Of a DNA stretch of 64,000 nt, positions 1 through 13,300 are shown piece after piece. Position 1 is the stretch's first letter. The number at the start of each line of letters is the position of its first letter. This stretch comes from Harriotta raleighana (lineage: Eukaryota): the NCBI GenBank assembly GCA_050575255.1, contig JBNZDD010013689.1, positions 948,841-1,012,840 on the forward strand, in the 5' to 3' direction. Below the pieces are notes generated by a model. The model saw only the letters and a list, made by a program, of their open reading frames with translations, was not told the origin of the DNA and did no database searches. The position numbers were made by a program, and so were the translations under genes.

Positions 1-2367
1 TTGACATTTGGGGAGTTTTCTCAACAACAACGATATATATAGCGCCCTCCGCGCCGGATGAAGTCATAGAGCGTTTCACAATAACGGATCCCGGGACCAA
101 GCCAGGGTTAGAAAGGTGACCAAAGGCACGGTCGAAGAGAAAGGTCTTTAGCTGAGATTGCAGCATCTTTGTACAGATCATATTTTAGGTCAGTGAGACC
201 CGAGTGAATGATTCAGAGGGGCTGGATGTGCTTTGTGGGACGATAATCTTCAACAAGAGGCTTCGACCTGTTAATTTCTTGGCTTTTAGGGTCAGTGATT
301 GGGGCTATACTGATCCACTCCATGTGTCACTCGGCAGCAATGCTCAGCAGTAAACACCAGTTTGTACAGTGGCCAGGATTCAGATCACATCCTCCTGCAA
401 TCATTCAATGAGATTAGACACCCAAACGGTTGCAAATTGACCGTAAAGGACACTCTAAGGGTTATTATTCTCTGCCGATCGGTAAATTTATCAAACATTT
501 CTAATGTTGGTAATCCAATTGCCAATTCCCCACCCCCCCCAACCCCCACTTATCTTTAGTTCAAAGGTTGATGGACTAGTTCAACAAAAAATTACTATTT
601 ATTTAGTGCCTTTCACAAGCGAGGACATTTCAAAGTGCTTCACACAGGTGAGCTCAGTCTCGGTCAGTCAGTCTCAGCTGGTTCATTGACATAGTCTTGT
701 CTTTAGAAGCACAGTTAAGTCTCAAATTTACTGGAGGTCATTTCCCTGCCAGCAACATCTGGTTTGTGTTAAAGATTCAAGTTGGCCAACAGTCACGAAG
801 GAAGTAACAAAGTCAGTGTCCTTCAACGAATTATTCAAAGCTATTATTCCTTGGGAATTATTTTCATCGGGGCTCATTTGGGGACAGAAATTCCACTTAC
901 TATAAGTATGATACAAGCATGTGTTCTGTTTACATTAAGGAGTACCAACAATGTTTATCCATTTGTCTGTGCCCTTTCCCCCCCAACATTGCACAGAGGT
1001 TTCAGTGAATGTGAATAGAATGACTCTAAAGGCTGTGCTGCACTCCAGAGGTTGCTGGCGGATAGTTATTCCTGTGTTGAGTTCAGGGCAATGGAAGAGC
1101 ATTTGAATCTCTCCAGAATCATTAAAATACAGTATATGTACAATCTGTGCTCCTCGTTGCTGGATAACGCGAATATGTTTCTACCTTTTGAACAAAGTCA
1201 GCATTGACCAACATCATCAGAAGGACGAAAGGAAATCTACTCTCAACCACATTGAGAGCGTTTCAAAGGCGCTCGACAAGTTTTGATGGCTTCAGTAGGC
1301 CAATGGAGCAACCATTTGTGCAAGTAACATCTCACAGACCTCTAATGAGATGAATGATGAATTTATCTAGAAGAGGATTCTTGGCCAGTACACGCTTCCT
1401 TTACAAATACAGTCATGAGAATTTCCATGTCCAGCTGATCAAGTAGACGCGACCTTAGTTGAAAGTTTCATCCGAGTTACAAAAGTCTGAACAGTTCCAA
1501 CTCTTCCCAAGAAAAGGCTGTGTGAGCTCAAGTCTTACTATGCTACTTGTCCCGTTAACTGTACGAGCCAATGGTGAAGGGGCCACTAACAGAGCCAACT
1601 GGATGTGTTCAAAGGGGATTCAAATTAAAAGGAATTTAAACCGTTGAAATGACTTTCACAACCAAATAAGCACAAGCCTCAAAACGTTTCATGCTTTGCA
1701 CGTATGGTATTCTACTCCAGTCTTCAGCATCACATGAATAGCTCAGTCTATAATGTTTAATTGCCAGCTGTGCAAACATAGCAATAGCCACAACATAGAA
1801 ATGCCTATTGAATAACTGTAAAAAAATGTAATTATAGTCTTAAAATAAACGAGGGGGGGAGGGGGGGAGGAGGGAACTTTCATAAAAAAATAGCATTAAG
1901 TGCAAAAATATCCCAATTCTGTGTAAATAAAGTCTGGATTTAGTTCAATAATCCACAGTGGTTTGAGGATCTTGTACAATTAATCACAGCTGCCTCCCCC
2001 CTCATCTGTGTATGAAACACATTATGTGTTTCATACACATCATTCAAAGATTCCTTTCGTCTCTTAATTGCGTTGAAGGCAGTTTTTTCTCTTCTTTCCA
2101 TTTGAAACAGAAACACACACACACGTTAACGTGGGACAACCGACAAGGCTGTCACTTCCACCCAGGGCTGCAATGAGTTTATTGGAGTTGACTGAAAGCT
2201 TCACATGCATTGCACACTCTGCTGCTTACAATCTTACTCCCTCTCCCTCCCTCTCCCCCTCAAACACCTGTAAAGACCAGGAGACACATTTCTATAGCTT
2301 TAAATCAATCCATGTCGAAGCTTGAGCTCCCTAAAGTACTGTACTGAGGAGAGGTCAGTTTCAAAAA

Positions 2368-2401
<34 letters not shown>

Positions 2402-2449
2402 CACATAATTAAAAGAAATTAACTCTGTAAATTCGTAAGATCACTTTAC

Positions 2450-2850
2450 CTTCAAGAAAAGTCTTTCAGCTCCTTTCAGTGCAGCAGGATAACAAAGAAC
2501 ATTTGGCTGGCAGTCCACAGCTTAAAGGTATCCAAAGCTGCAGTGAATGAAGCCCTCAATTCACTCGACAAAGTAGTCAGCCAGCTCTGCCTTCCTGGAT
2601 GAATTTCACTAGGTTTATCAGTGTGTGTGTGTGTGTCTCTCCAAACAACAGCACACACACACACATACAGCTGCCAATGCAGTCCTTTTCCCAAGCTCTG
2701 CCAATACCTCTCCTTCCTGTCTCACTCAATCTTTCCATTCCCAGCAAGAAGAGAAACACAGCGAGGAGCGACCCACTGCAACCGAAAGGAAAGAGGCTGT
2801 ATAGCAATGAAGCTCAGAAGGGGTTCTCTCGTTGCTTTCAGTGACTGTCC
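2450..2850 (-). other. Candidate non-coding 5' exon of a gene continuing left of the window (SPATS2L by synteny)
   Basis: Minus-strand donor GAAG|GTAAAG at 2450/2449 below a GA/GT-rich, UTR-like stretch. In human, SPATS2L follows MAIP1 in the same orientation. No SPATS2L coding sequence was recognised and the left-hand 5' boundary is a guess. Confidence 0.25.
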
Positions 2851-3699
2851 AACTTAGACAGGGACATAGCTAGCAATAGGAGAGGAGCAGTCTGCTTTCA
2901 CAGTGGATTCCTCGATTCTCAACTATGTTTGAGGGTGTTTCTCTTCTGCAAGTGTTGAGGTGAAACGCAAGGCAAGTCATTTTCGTGATGTTCAGTGGTG
3001 CCCATAAAATACTCAGTCGATAATTTACCTTCCAATATACTCTGTGAAGCACTTTTGAGTCGCCTGGGCCACCTGACTAGGCATTATATCAAATGCAAGG
3101 ATTATTATTAGATTGCATTGTGTGGATAGCTGTGATTTGCTGACAATGCTTCCATTTCATACAATACCAATAGAGTTGGAGTGTCTCAAAGCACTTCATT
3201 ACTGTAGAAATGGTTGTGTATTTCTGTTTGTAGGAGATTGCTGCAGTAGAATTTCACACAGCCAAGAGATGAGTGAGCAATTTATCTCCACTATTTTGTA
3301 ATCTGTGGTCAACATTTTTATCTTAAATCATCTGTCCAGCGCCTTGGGACGTCCTCCTGACGTGAAACGCGCTCTATAAATGTAATTTTGTTGTTGTTGT
3401 TGTTGTTGTTATCTTGGAGGCTTCTGTCCACTGCAGCATCGCAGTGTACAAAGTTTAGGGTCGAACACACAGCACATGTGAGTATTTTGATGATGTGATG
3501 TTTGCAATAAAATATTGTGATTTACAATGACTTATTGAAAGGTTATTTCATTTCCTTTATTTCGGGGGAAAAAAAAATGCATTCACCCTTGTTTTTTGTG
3601 GTGTCGATACCAGAGGCACCATTTTCAGAGATACTAATACTTGCATTTAATATAGTGCTTTTTCACGTCTTCCAGACCACAGCAAAATTACGCTTGTGT

Positions 3700-3925
3700 A
3701 GCGTCTTTCACATCAGGAGGATGTCTCAAAAGTGCTTCACAGAATGTACTGTAAAGTGAATTGACTGTATATTTTGTGGGTGAAATGCAGCAGCCATTTG
3801 CACACTACAATGTCCTACAAACAGTTGTGGTTTGAAATGACCAATTTTTTTTATTCTTCTTCTTTTTTGAGGGATTATTATCAAGCGTGTGGAGTAAGGA
3901 AACTTGCCTAAGGTTTTGCCCTCAA
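3700..3925 (-). mobile_element. Deu-domain tRNA-SINE copy (partial)
   Basis: Reverse complement of the family core (gtgaattgactgtatatt...gcagccatttgcacac...gagtaaggaaacttgcc). Confidence 0.75.
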
Positions 3926-4761
3926 TTAATACAGAAATAACCTGGAGAGTGGTCAGTTAATATAATGGTCATAAGGTTAATTAATTCAGCAGTGACTAGG
4001 TTAGAGATTAACTAACATAGCCACAGCCAGGGTAAATTAATACACCAGATCAGTACAATAATAAATTTTATGCTTAAAAGTTCTCTTCTCTGTGTTTACG
4101 TAAATAATTAACTTGCAAATTAATTCACAATGATAAGCACACAAATAACTGCAGGAAATCTGAAATAGAGACAGAAAATTCAGGAAATGCAGTGCCTTGT
4201 GATCAGAAAATGAATCAAACGGAAGTTTGGGTTGGAATAGGGTGATTTCTGCCCAAGGAACACAATGAATACCTTCCAAAAAACAATTCACTATTAATTT
4301 ACCCGCCTCACCCTTTCTCTTTCTGTCTGAGTCCCAACTCCAATCCTACCTGACAGAAAGCACCGCCCTTCCACCCCCCTCCCCTCCCCTTGCTCGGTAT
4401 CCAACCCATCCATGAAAAACACACCAAGAAAACAACAACAACTTGCATTTATATCGTGCTCTTCATGTTACGCTAAGTGAAGGGCGGGCGCCACATAAAT
4501 TGAAGTTGTTGCTGTTGTTGTTCTGTTATAAAAGTTTACAACACATACTAGGAAAGAATGAAAATGACCACAGTTAATTTTTAGAGCACGAAGGAAAACA
4601 TTCAGAATTTAGTAACAGTGAACCAGTTAACATCCATTGCCAGACCAGCTGCTGAAGGGAGCCCTCAGATCCCTCAAGCTCAACTCACCATCTAGGTTTA
4701 TTTTTAATTATAGACAGCAATTTATTCTAAAGAATACTGAAAAAAATCTTCTTTCTCCTGT

Positions 4762-5080
4762 GTGGAGCTCAGTGGTTAGAGCACTCGCCTTACAAGTGTG
4801 AGAGGTGTGTTCGAATCCAGGCAGATCAGGGCAAAACCTTGGTCAAGTTTCCTTACTCCACACGACTAATAATAATCCCTCAAAAAGACACACAATAATA
4901 AAAAAATGAGTCATTTCAATCCACGACTGTTCGTGGGACATTGCTGTGCGCAATTGGCTGCCGCGTTTCACCCACAAATATACAGACAATTCACTTTATA
5001 GTATATTCTGTGAAGTGCTTTAAGACGTCGATAAGATATGAAAAGCGCGATATCAAATGCAAGGTTTATGATTATTATTG
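4762..5080 (+). mobile_element. Near full-length tRNA-headed Deu-domain SINE (representative of ~20+ copies in the window)
   Basis: tRNA-like head with A box (agctcagtggttagagc) and B box (gttcgaatcc); core gtgggacattgctgtgcgcaattggctgccgcgtttc typical of DeuSINEs; tail tatcaaatgcaagg(att)n. Confidence 0.85.
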
Positions 5081-7749
5081 TTTCTCACTCTCTTAGTCTT
5101 CATTTTGGACTCATGACAGCTTTTAATTGACATCAGTTCTATTCTTCATTCAGCTCATTGCTGAAGTTTTTAAATCAGCTTCCAAATTATCTATCTACTC
5201 AAGAGTACAAAGGCCTTTTGTTTAAAAAAAGGAATGATTTATAACTCTATGGAACAATAGAACTTCCATACTGATGCCTATTTTAGTGCAACCCAAATGG
5301 ATGCAATAGTAGCATAATAAATCTTGCATTTGATTTAGCAGCTAAACATCAAAATGTCTCGAAGTACTTCACAGATAACTGCTGTCAAGTTAAGTGGCTG
5401 TATTTTTATGAGGCCTACAGGTTAAGTAACTATTTCCACCCTTTAGAGAAGTTGTTACAAACCCACAGCCCCTGTAAGGTGCCCCTCACTATAGCACATT
5501 TTTCTGTTTGGCTAGCAAACACTCTGAGATTTCTACCTTAGCACATTTTAAAGTGTATATTGAACCACCACCCTCTCCTTCTGAATTGTTTTCTGCAGCC
5601 AAGATTTTTGAAGCAAGCTCCAGTTTTAAACAGCGAATGACTGGTTCAGTGTTGTATTTCATTGAGGTAACTGAGCCTGGGAAGTGCCTCAGCTCCAATC
5701 CCCTTTCTGTGGTGAGTCAACTGATCTCTGTCAGTGTCAACTGGCAATGCTACCTTTGGCCTCAGGACCTTGGGGTTAGGTTGGGGGGAGGGGGCGGAGA
5801 GGAAATTAGCCAGAGTCAAGCTGCCTATCACTATCCGACAACACTGGGAGGAAGTGTGCGTGTGTGGATGGCAAGGGGTGAAGAAAACAGGTGGTGGAAA
5901 ATAAATTAAATTCCTGAAATCTGTCATGGGATGCAATTGTATTTTGTGATGCTTTGCTTATGTGTGTCCATCCTTCAGGTAAGATGTTAAACCAAGGTCT
6001 CGTACACCTACTTGTTAAAGATCCCATTGCACTATATACAAAAAGAGAAGTGGGGGTGGGGGAAGTGGGGCGGTTTTCAATTAGTCCCCCGGATAAAGTT
6101 GGGCATTCGTTTTGTTGCTGTTTCTGAGGCATTACTGTGTGGAAGTTAGTTGGCACAAGTGCCCACCTAATTACTACCCTTAACAACAATTACCCGTGGA
6201 AATCTTTGAGGTGGCTGGCATTAGACGAGCTACACCAAGTGCAGAAATTGTTATTTAGATAACCAATTATTATCTAAATGGTTAATTAATCCAGCACTTT
6301 GGGACATCCTTCTGATGTGAAATGTTCTACATACTGTATATGTAATTTGTCATTTGTTGTAATTGGCTGTGGACCAAAATGCCTTGTATTGCTGTATTGC
6401 TTTAAGTCCGTCCCAGCCCCCTGCTCTTGCGCACCAAAACACAGATGCCCAAAACACAACAGCTTCAAAACTCTGGTGCTGTTCTCACTGGGAATCATAA
6501 GAAACCATATCTGAAGCTGGTTTCCTTTTCGTAGCCTGTTTCGCTCCAGTTGGCTTGCAGCGTTCCTGGGAAGCTGAGAGGAGGCAAAGCCAAGGGGCAG
6601 GTGACGACAGAACCAGACCTGCTGCCCACGTGTGGACTCAGCAGTGAGCAGCTGCTTTCCACTGTTGGATCCCTGGCGGGAAAAGCCTCAAGAGACAGAA
6701 ATTCCGTTGAAGATTCATTGAAGAATTTCAGTCCCAGGAGGCTTGTGAAGTTCATCTGCAGTTGCAAAAGACAAACTGGTTTGAAATGTCCCACGTGTGA
6801 TTGTTTTGTGTGTGTTGGAAATGACTTGGTGGTATCCCTGATGACTCAGTTCTTAAAATCACTGAAAACTGATCCCCCATTGAGTTTGGAAGGCCACAGA
6901 TTCGAGCCCCACAATGGGCTGATCTCAACCGGGGAAGTACAGTAGTTGGGATAACATTTGCTCCCGTAACCTGGACTGTGAAGAGATGAAACTACAGCAA
7001 CCCGGGATTCTACTCTAGCTCATTTATCTAGTGAACAATTTCCCCACCATAACCACCATTGGAAAGGAAATGGAGATGATGATATGATCTGACTGTTTTG
7101 TGTCTCTTTCCACCCCTTCCCTGTGATGCTATACTCAAGGAGAGAAGAGAAGAAATTGGGAGGGAGAAAAACAGCAAGTTCGGTTTCAGAAATGAAACTG
7201 CTGATAATTCAACGCAATAATAACAATAATAATAAAACTTGCATTTGATAAAGCACTTTTCAAGTCTTCTAGATGTCTCAAAGTGCTTCACAGGAAATAT
7301 TGTAAGGTTTCACCATGCTGGGAATCAAGCTGGGAACCAGATCTCTTGCTTGTGAGGCGAGTGCTCTAACCCCTGAGCTACAGGACTCTGTGTAACTCAG
7401 GAAGCTGCATTTTTGAAAGTTAGCCTTTCAATTGGGGTATCAAATAATCTGCCAGTTCAAGTGGAGTTTAAAATACCACAATACAATGTTAAAGTGTAGA
7501 GTTACCTCGGTACCCTGGCCAATATTCTTCCCTCATTTCATTGCTGTTTATCACTGTTCCTGACGGAGATTTAATCTCATAATAACACTCACTACATTTC
7601 AAAGTAATTTATTGTATGAATATTGACATGTAAATGTATCATTTCAAACTGCAAATACATGATTTTACTTTGTTCAGCTGGGTGTCTGACATATGTGGAA
7701 ACCTATCCCCATGCTTAAGGATACGGTAATAGATTTCTGTAGCTTAGCA

Positions 7750-8096
7750 GAGACCAGTAGTTTAGTGATAGACCACTTGCCTCGCAAGTGGAAGGACCTG
7801 GGTTTGATTCCCGGGCAAAATGTTGGGCAAGTTTCCTTACTTCATACGTCTCTGAATATCTAGCCGTGAGTAGGAACCCAGTTGTTATTTGGTTTCCCGG
7901 GATAGGAATTTCTTCTAAGAAAGTAATAAATAAAGTACAGTAATAATCATTTGGTCACTCAATCCATCACTATATGTGGGGCATTTAGGTGTGCAATTTC
8001 ACCCACAAAATATGCAGTCAATTCACTTTACAGTATATTTTAAAATGTCTTGAAGAAGTGATAAGGCACTATATCAAATGCAAGGATTATTATTAA
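7750..8096 (+). mobile_element. Deu-domain tRNA-SINE copy
   Basis: tRNA-like head, gggcaagtttccttact motif, cagtcaattcactttacagta core, atatcaaatgcaaggattatt tail. Confidence 0.8.
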
Positions 8097-9889
8097 GAAT
8101 GTCTAACCAAATTGAGAATTCCATACATCATGCATACACATGGAAATTATAGAGATAGACTGTTGGAATGAAAAGAGTATTCTTTACCTAAAAGGACACA
8201 TCCTGCTTATCCAATTCTGGAAAGTATTGGGCATAGGTTGGCAAGAGCCAAGGCTTGCAAACCTGATGCCAAAGCAGGATCGTAAAGGATGATAGAGAAA
8301 ACAAGGCCATTTTCTATAATATGGCCCATTAAACGATCAACATACTACAGTCCACGACAGTCCATCCTTAAGAAACCATCCCTTGATGCATCGCAGCTTT
8401 CAAGCTACCGGTCCATCTCCAACCTCCCTTTTCTGTCAAAGGTTTCAGCGCCTTAGGACGTCCTCCTGACGTGACTAAATCAATGGCATTTTGTTGTTGT
8501 TGTTGCACTTTCTGTGAAATTGTACTGAATCCTTGTTGGCATTGGTGTGACCAACAACTCTGCAAACTGACGGGCAGATTTTGATCAGAGGCTTGATCTC
8601 AACTGCTGTCTTCTGAGTCACTCAATCCACTCCCTCAGATACTCATGTACTGGTAACTGATAGTAGTGAAAGCATTTTGTGAAACAAAGTGTGTGCGTTT
8701 TCGAGTAAAACATTTCAGCATCTGGTGTAGTGCAATAGGCTTTGCACTAAGCCTATCGCACTCGCGTGCTTGAAACAGTCTGTGATTCAGGTACTGTATT
8801 CACCCAAGTCTGGGCCAAAGCAAGCCAGGCTGAGCAAAGCAAGTCACGGAAATAATAATAAATAATCCTTGCATTTGAGATAGTGCTCATCACATCTTCA
8901 TGACATCTCAAAGCGCTTTGCAGAAAATACTGACAAGTGAATTGACTGTATACTTATGGGCGAGACTCTGCAGCCAATTGTGCGAGCAGTGTAGGTTACC
9001 AGTTTGAGATGCCATTTGTCGGGTCAAAAGATTGGATGTGGTGCTTTGAATAGTGTAACACATGATGCAAATTCTACTTACTGAAGTCTGGGAAAACTAT
9101 TGGGTACGGCAGTTGTATGCACAGACATTAAATCAAAGAAATTCCATTACTGTCACCTTGACTGAGATCCATAAATAACCACACAAGGAGATTCAATACT
9201 GCCAGTGCAAAATATTGAACACTCTGACAAATGCCCTTTTGTGGCAATTTTCACCGTAAACTGTTCCCGCAGGGAATTATCAGCACTAGCCTGACTTGAA
9301 GCACTGAGCACATCCTTTCTGCTGTGTCCATCAATAGCATCAGGCTTCTGACTACTGATAAGGTATTGACAAGAGAAGCAGGATTGTCACATTATAAAGG
9401 CTCCTGGAGTCAATTGATGATGATTTTAAATCTATTTATAAGGCGATAAAATAAAGAAAAGAATAACTGTATAATTATCCACAACTGCTCCAACCATCCA
9501 TATATTACCACCCAGTTTAAGATGCCCTAAGCACTGGTTGAGTTTCTAGTTGTCATTCTTGAATGCGATGAAGACTGATGACTGAAAGCACCTTGAAATG
9601 AATTACCTCTGTACTTCGATGACCTGTTAATGTTGGATAAAGGGAGTAATGTGGACTACATAACTATATATATTTCTGTCCGAAGTGAGATGTACTTCAC
9701 TGTATCTGAAGCTAATAATTTATATTATTAACTGGAAATACCTCGATGGGTAGTTCACCATTTTGCCAAGGCTGTTTCCAAACCATTTCTCTCCTTACAT
9801 AACAAATAGAAATAGCAAAATAATTTAAGTGAAAACATTTTGTTTTCCAAATAATTCAATACCTTGTGCTATTGTAAGGATGATCTTGC

Positions 9890-10370
9890 TGAGCAATATT
9901 GCCAGACTCCGCCACTCCTTCACGCTCCATGTCGCCAAAACCCTCATTCATGCCTCTATCACCTCCAGGCTTGACTACGGGAACTCTCTCCTCGTCAGCG
10001 TTCCCAACTCCTCCCTTCAAAGGCCGCAGATCATTCAGAATTCTGCAGCTCGTGTACACTCCCGCACCAGGCTTCGTGATCACATCACTGCCACCATCGC
10101 CCGTCTCCACTGGCTCCCCATCTCCCAGAGAATCGAATTCAAGATCCTCGTCCTCACCTTCAAGGCCACAGCCTTGCCCCCGCCTATCTCTCTGACCTGC
10201 TGTCTCCCTATCAGCCTGCCCGCTCCTCCGTTCAGCAGACTCAGGCCTGCTCCGCGACCACCTCCCTAATCGCTCGACCATCAGTGGCCGGGCTTTCAAT
10301 CTCTCTGCCCCCACACTTTGGAACTCCAGCCCACAGTCTTTCTGCCTTGCTTCCTCCCTGTCTTGTTCCA
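9890..10370 (+). mobile_element. L2-clade LINE 3' fragment (degenerate C-terminus of ORF2)
   Basis: Translation NIARLR...TLIHASITSRLDYGNSLL...QIIQNSAAR...LHWLPI.QRIEFKIL matches the hallmark C-terminal region of L2 ORF2; frameshifted and truncated. Confidence 0.9.
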
Positions 10371-13300
10371 TGTTAAAACATCTTCATGGCCTAAATGCTT
10401 TTATATTGCATTGAGCTTGGGGAGCAAGAGATATAGTTTGATGCAAACTGGCAGCGAACTGCAACATTCAGTATTGAGCTGATATAGGTGGTCAATTGGG
10501 ACAATAATGAAGGTAATTTTTGAAGAGTTCTTTTGTTATATATCTACCATCTTTCTTCGGAATTATTACCATGGTTTTACCCCAGTCCAGAGCAAGCAAC
10601 TCATTCCTGGAAACTGAAGAAAATTTGCAACTCTTCTAGAAAAGTATAATTGAACTGCAATTTCACTCAGTCGGGTATTTCCTATTGTAGTATATAAATA
10701 AAAACATTAAAGAAAGCTTAATTCACTATATCATGCAGACATCATTGTCTAGACCTTATTAACTTCTGCAATGAATATAGGCCTATGGTATTTTTAGACC
10801 ATGGGAATTGGATGTGCATGGTTGAGACTTCAGAAGGCTGTAAAAAAAACACAAGATTTTCTTGACATCTTGAAATCTCCTAAATGAATGCCAGAAAATC
10901 ACTGTATTAAGTTGAGGTAATAACTGTTTGGGAAAAACACAGGAACTGCCACAGAATCCACTGCTAATTTTGGCAACCTCATTTCAAGTTCTTAAATGGA
11001 AATTCAGACTCAGACAAATGTTACATAAGTTCACTCCCTCGTAAGACAAAAAGGAATGTAGAACATTTATTCTGTGGCTGTGGTCAGTGATGAGCACATT
11101 TAGTAACAGATATAAATGTTCCGATTCCCATCATTAAATGTGGAGGCAGACATGCCTGGGTGAACAAGGGGGAATAAATGATAGGCCATTAATGAAGGCA
11201 CAGACTGTGAGACTCCAAATTTGTAGCACAAAAACACTCACTGGCTCATACTGATGTGGTTCACACCAAACCTTAGGAAGACCAGAGGCTTTCAAAATAT
11301 GCTTTGCGATTATTTTTCTCTGCTCTCTTTCTCTGTCAACAAACCACATTCGTTGGTATCCGTATCAGATACAGAGAAAGAAACAATGCAGAATCTGTGT
11401 TCAAAAAAAAAGAACACCAAAAGAACTGAATAGTATTTTCTATACTTCCATCCTCTGCTCTCTTTCATATCCGTGAAGCACTTTGAGATGTTCGACCTCC
11501 ATGAAAGGCATTACATAAGTGTACATTGCGATGTACATTTTAGCTGATCGAGTTGGAGCCTCTGCTCACTGAAGAAATGGATGCATTTATCTAAGATATT
11601 TTGCACTCAAACTGCTAACTGTTTGTAAGGAAATTTTATAAACTTTGCACTAAGTTCCAGGGAATAGACATGACGTTGTTTGTATGACTCATCGCCTGCC
11701 TTCAATTCTCTTTCCAAAGTGACAGGAAAATGAACTGCCAGATGCTCAGTGAAACACGGGTAGATAGAACAGGAGAAATCCAATATCATAAGATCATGGA
11801 AAGAATATATGAAAAAGCCTTTTTGATTCATCAAGCCTATTTCTTTCATTGAATTATATGTAATCCAAGTTGGCATGGACTCACTAACTTATTTTATCAC
11901 CTAAAGGTAGATAGTAGATATTCTCCATAGGAGACTTTCAGGAAAATTTCTCTCAAGTCTTTAAAACATCGAGCTAAGACCAAATGAATATCCATCAAAC
12001 ATTATTTAATCTGACCAAATATACTTAACATTCTCTTGACATGACGTAGATCTAACTGCACTCCTTCACCAATACTTAGTACTTTTCAGAAAATAATATC
12101 TATTTGTACCTTCGAAAAAAAACTTTTGTGAAAACTTTCTTCACATTCTTTCTGCATTTTCTTCTCCCAAAGCTAGATTTGATGACCTGACAGTAAAGTG
12201 CTTTGTTGGTGGTGTCTGGATTTTATTTTATAATGGGAACTCAATCATTTTCAGGTCCTCTGACAATTCATAGTTTAGTAAAGCTACAATCAGCCACTGT
12301 AACCTCAGCAAGCGAAGACTATTAACATGGTAGTGAGAATACTACTGTAGATGTAACTAACCACATTCCAGCAAAATGGGTATCCGGCTATAGTTCAAAA
12401 TTAAATACTGCTTCTCTCTTCCATTCAGCAAAGGATGGCAGAATTGTAGCCAGCTTGTCTATGATAAGAGTCCAAAGAAATTTGCATCCAAAGGAACAAA
12501 GGTATTTAACATCATTCTGTGAAACCTTCACACAATACATTCAATCGGGGTTTCCATAGTGCAGGCAAAATGTAACACTGTATTTTAGAATTAATTTCAC
12601 TGTAACAATGTGTGACTATAGGTTTACCAAAAGGTTTTGTTTGGGACTAAATTTATGCAGAATTTGCTATATAGAACCAAGTACTTCTTTCAGTAATCTG
12701 ACGATCTTTTTACTTTCTAATGAATTTGAATCATATTTGAAGCATATGCCATTGCTAGTCCCTTCATCCTATCCACCTGTTTGGCTATCTTGAATACAAT
12801 TTGGTAACCTTGCACAAAATTACCAAGAACGTTACTTAAGATTGAGAGATCACTGCAATAACAATCAAATTCTCCTGAATCAAGATGGATTAATCATGTT
12901 ATAAAAGGCCTGCTATATACGATGGACAGATGTCTCTGTCTATGTAATGAATTGCTCTGAAATGACACACTGCCCAGCCAATGGGATTTTTCATCCTCTG
13001 TACCCCACAAGGATGTCTCCGAGTACCAATGAGTCAGCATTTACTATCCCTGTGAGAAGCCAGCAACATCTGAATAGGCTTTTCATGCCTGTTGGTGAGC
13101 AAGAATTGAATGCAGACTATTCAAACATAATGTCTCGAGTTTTGTACATAAGAAAGGAAAGCATAAATGACAGGTCTAATGCATGTCTCAGCCTGAATCA
13201 ACAGACTGCAAAGCAAAAGACCACCCATAGAACTGAGCAGCCCGGGTGGGGGTGGGGGAAAAGGGATGGCGGGAGCTTTGTAAAGTATAACTTTAATTTA

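Noticed and set aside
4762-4830. tRNA-like sequences (also at ~7330-7390, 24241-24310, 49140-49205, 61420-61488)
   Set aside because: These are SINE heads joined to the Deu core and tail; degenerate, with no intact cloverleaf.
9829-10371. 146-171 aa ORFs as a host gene
   Set aside because: Degenerate L2 LINE fragment.
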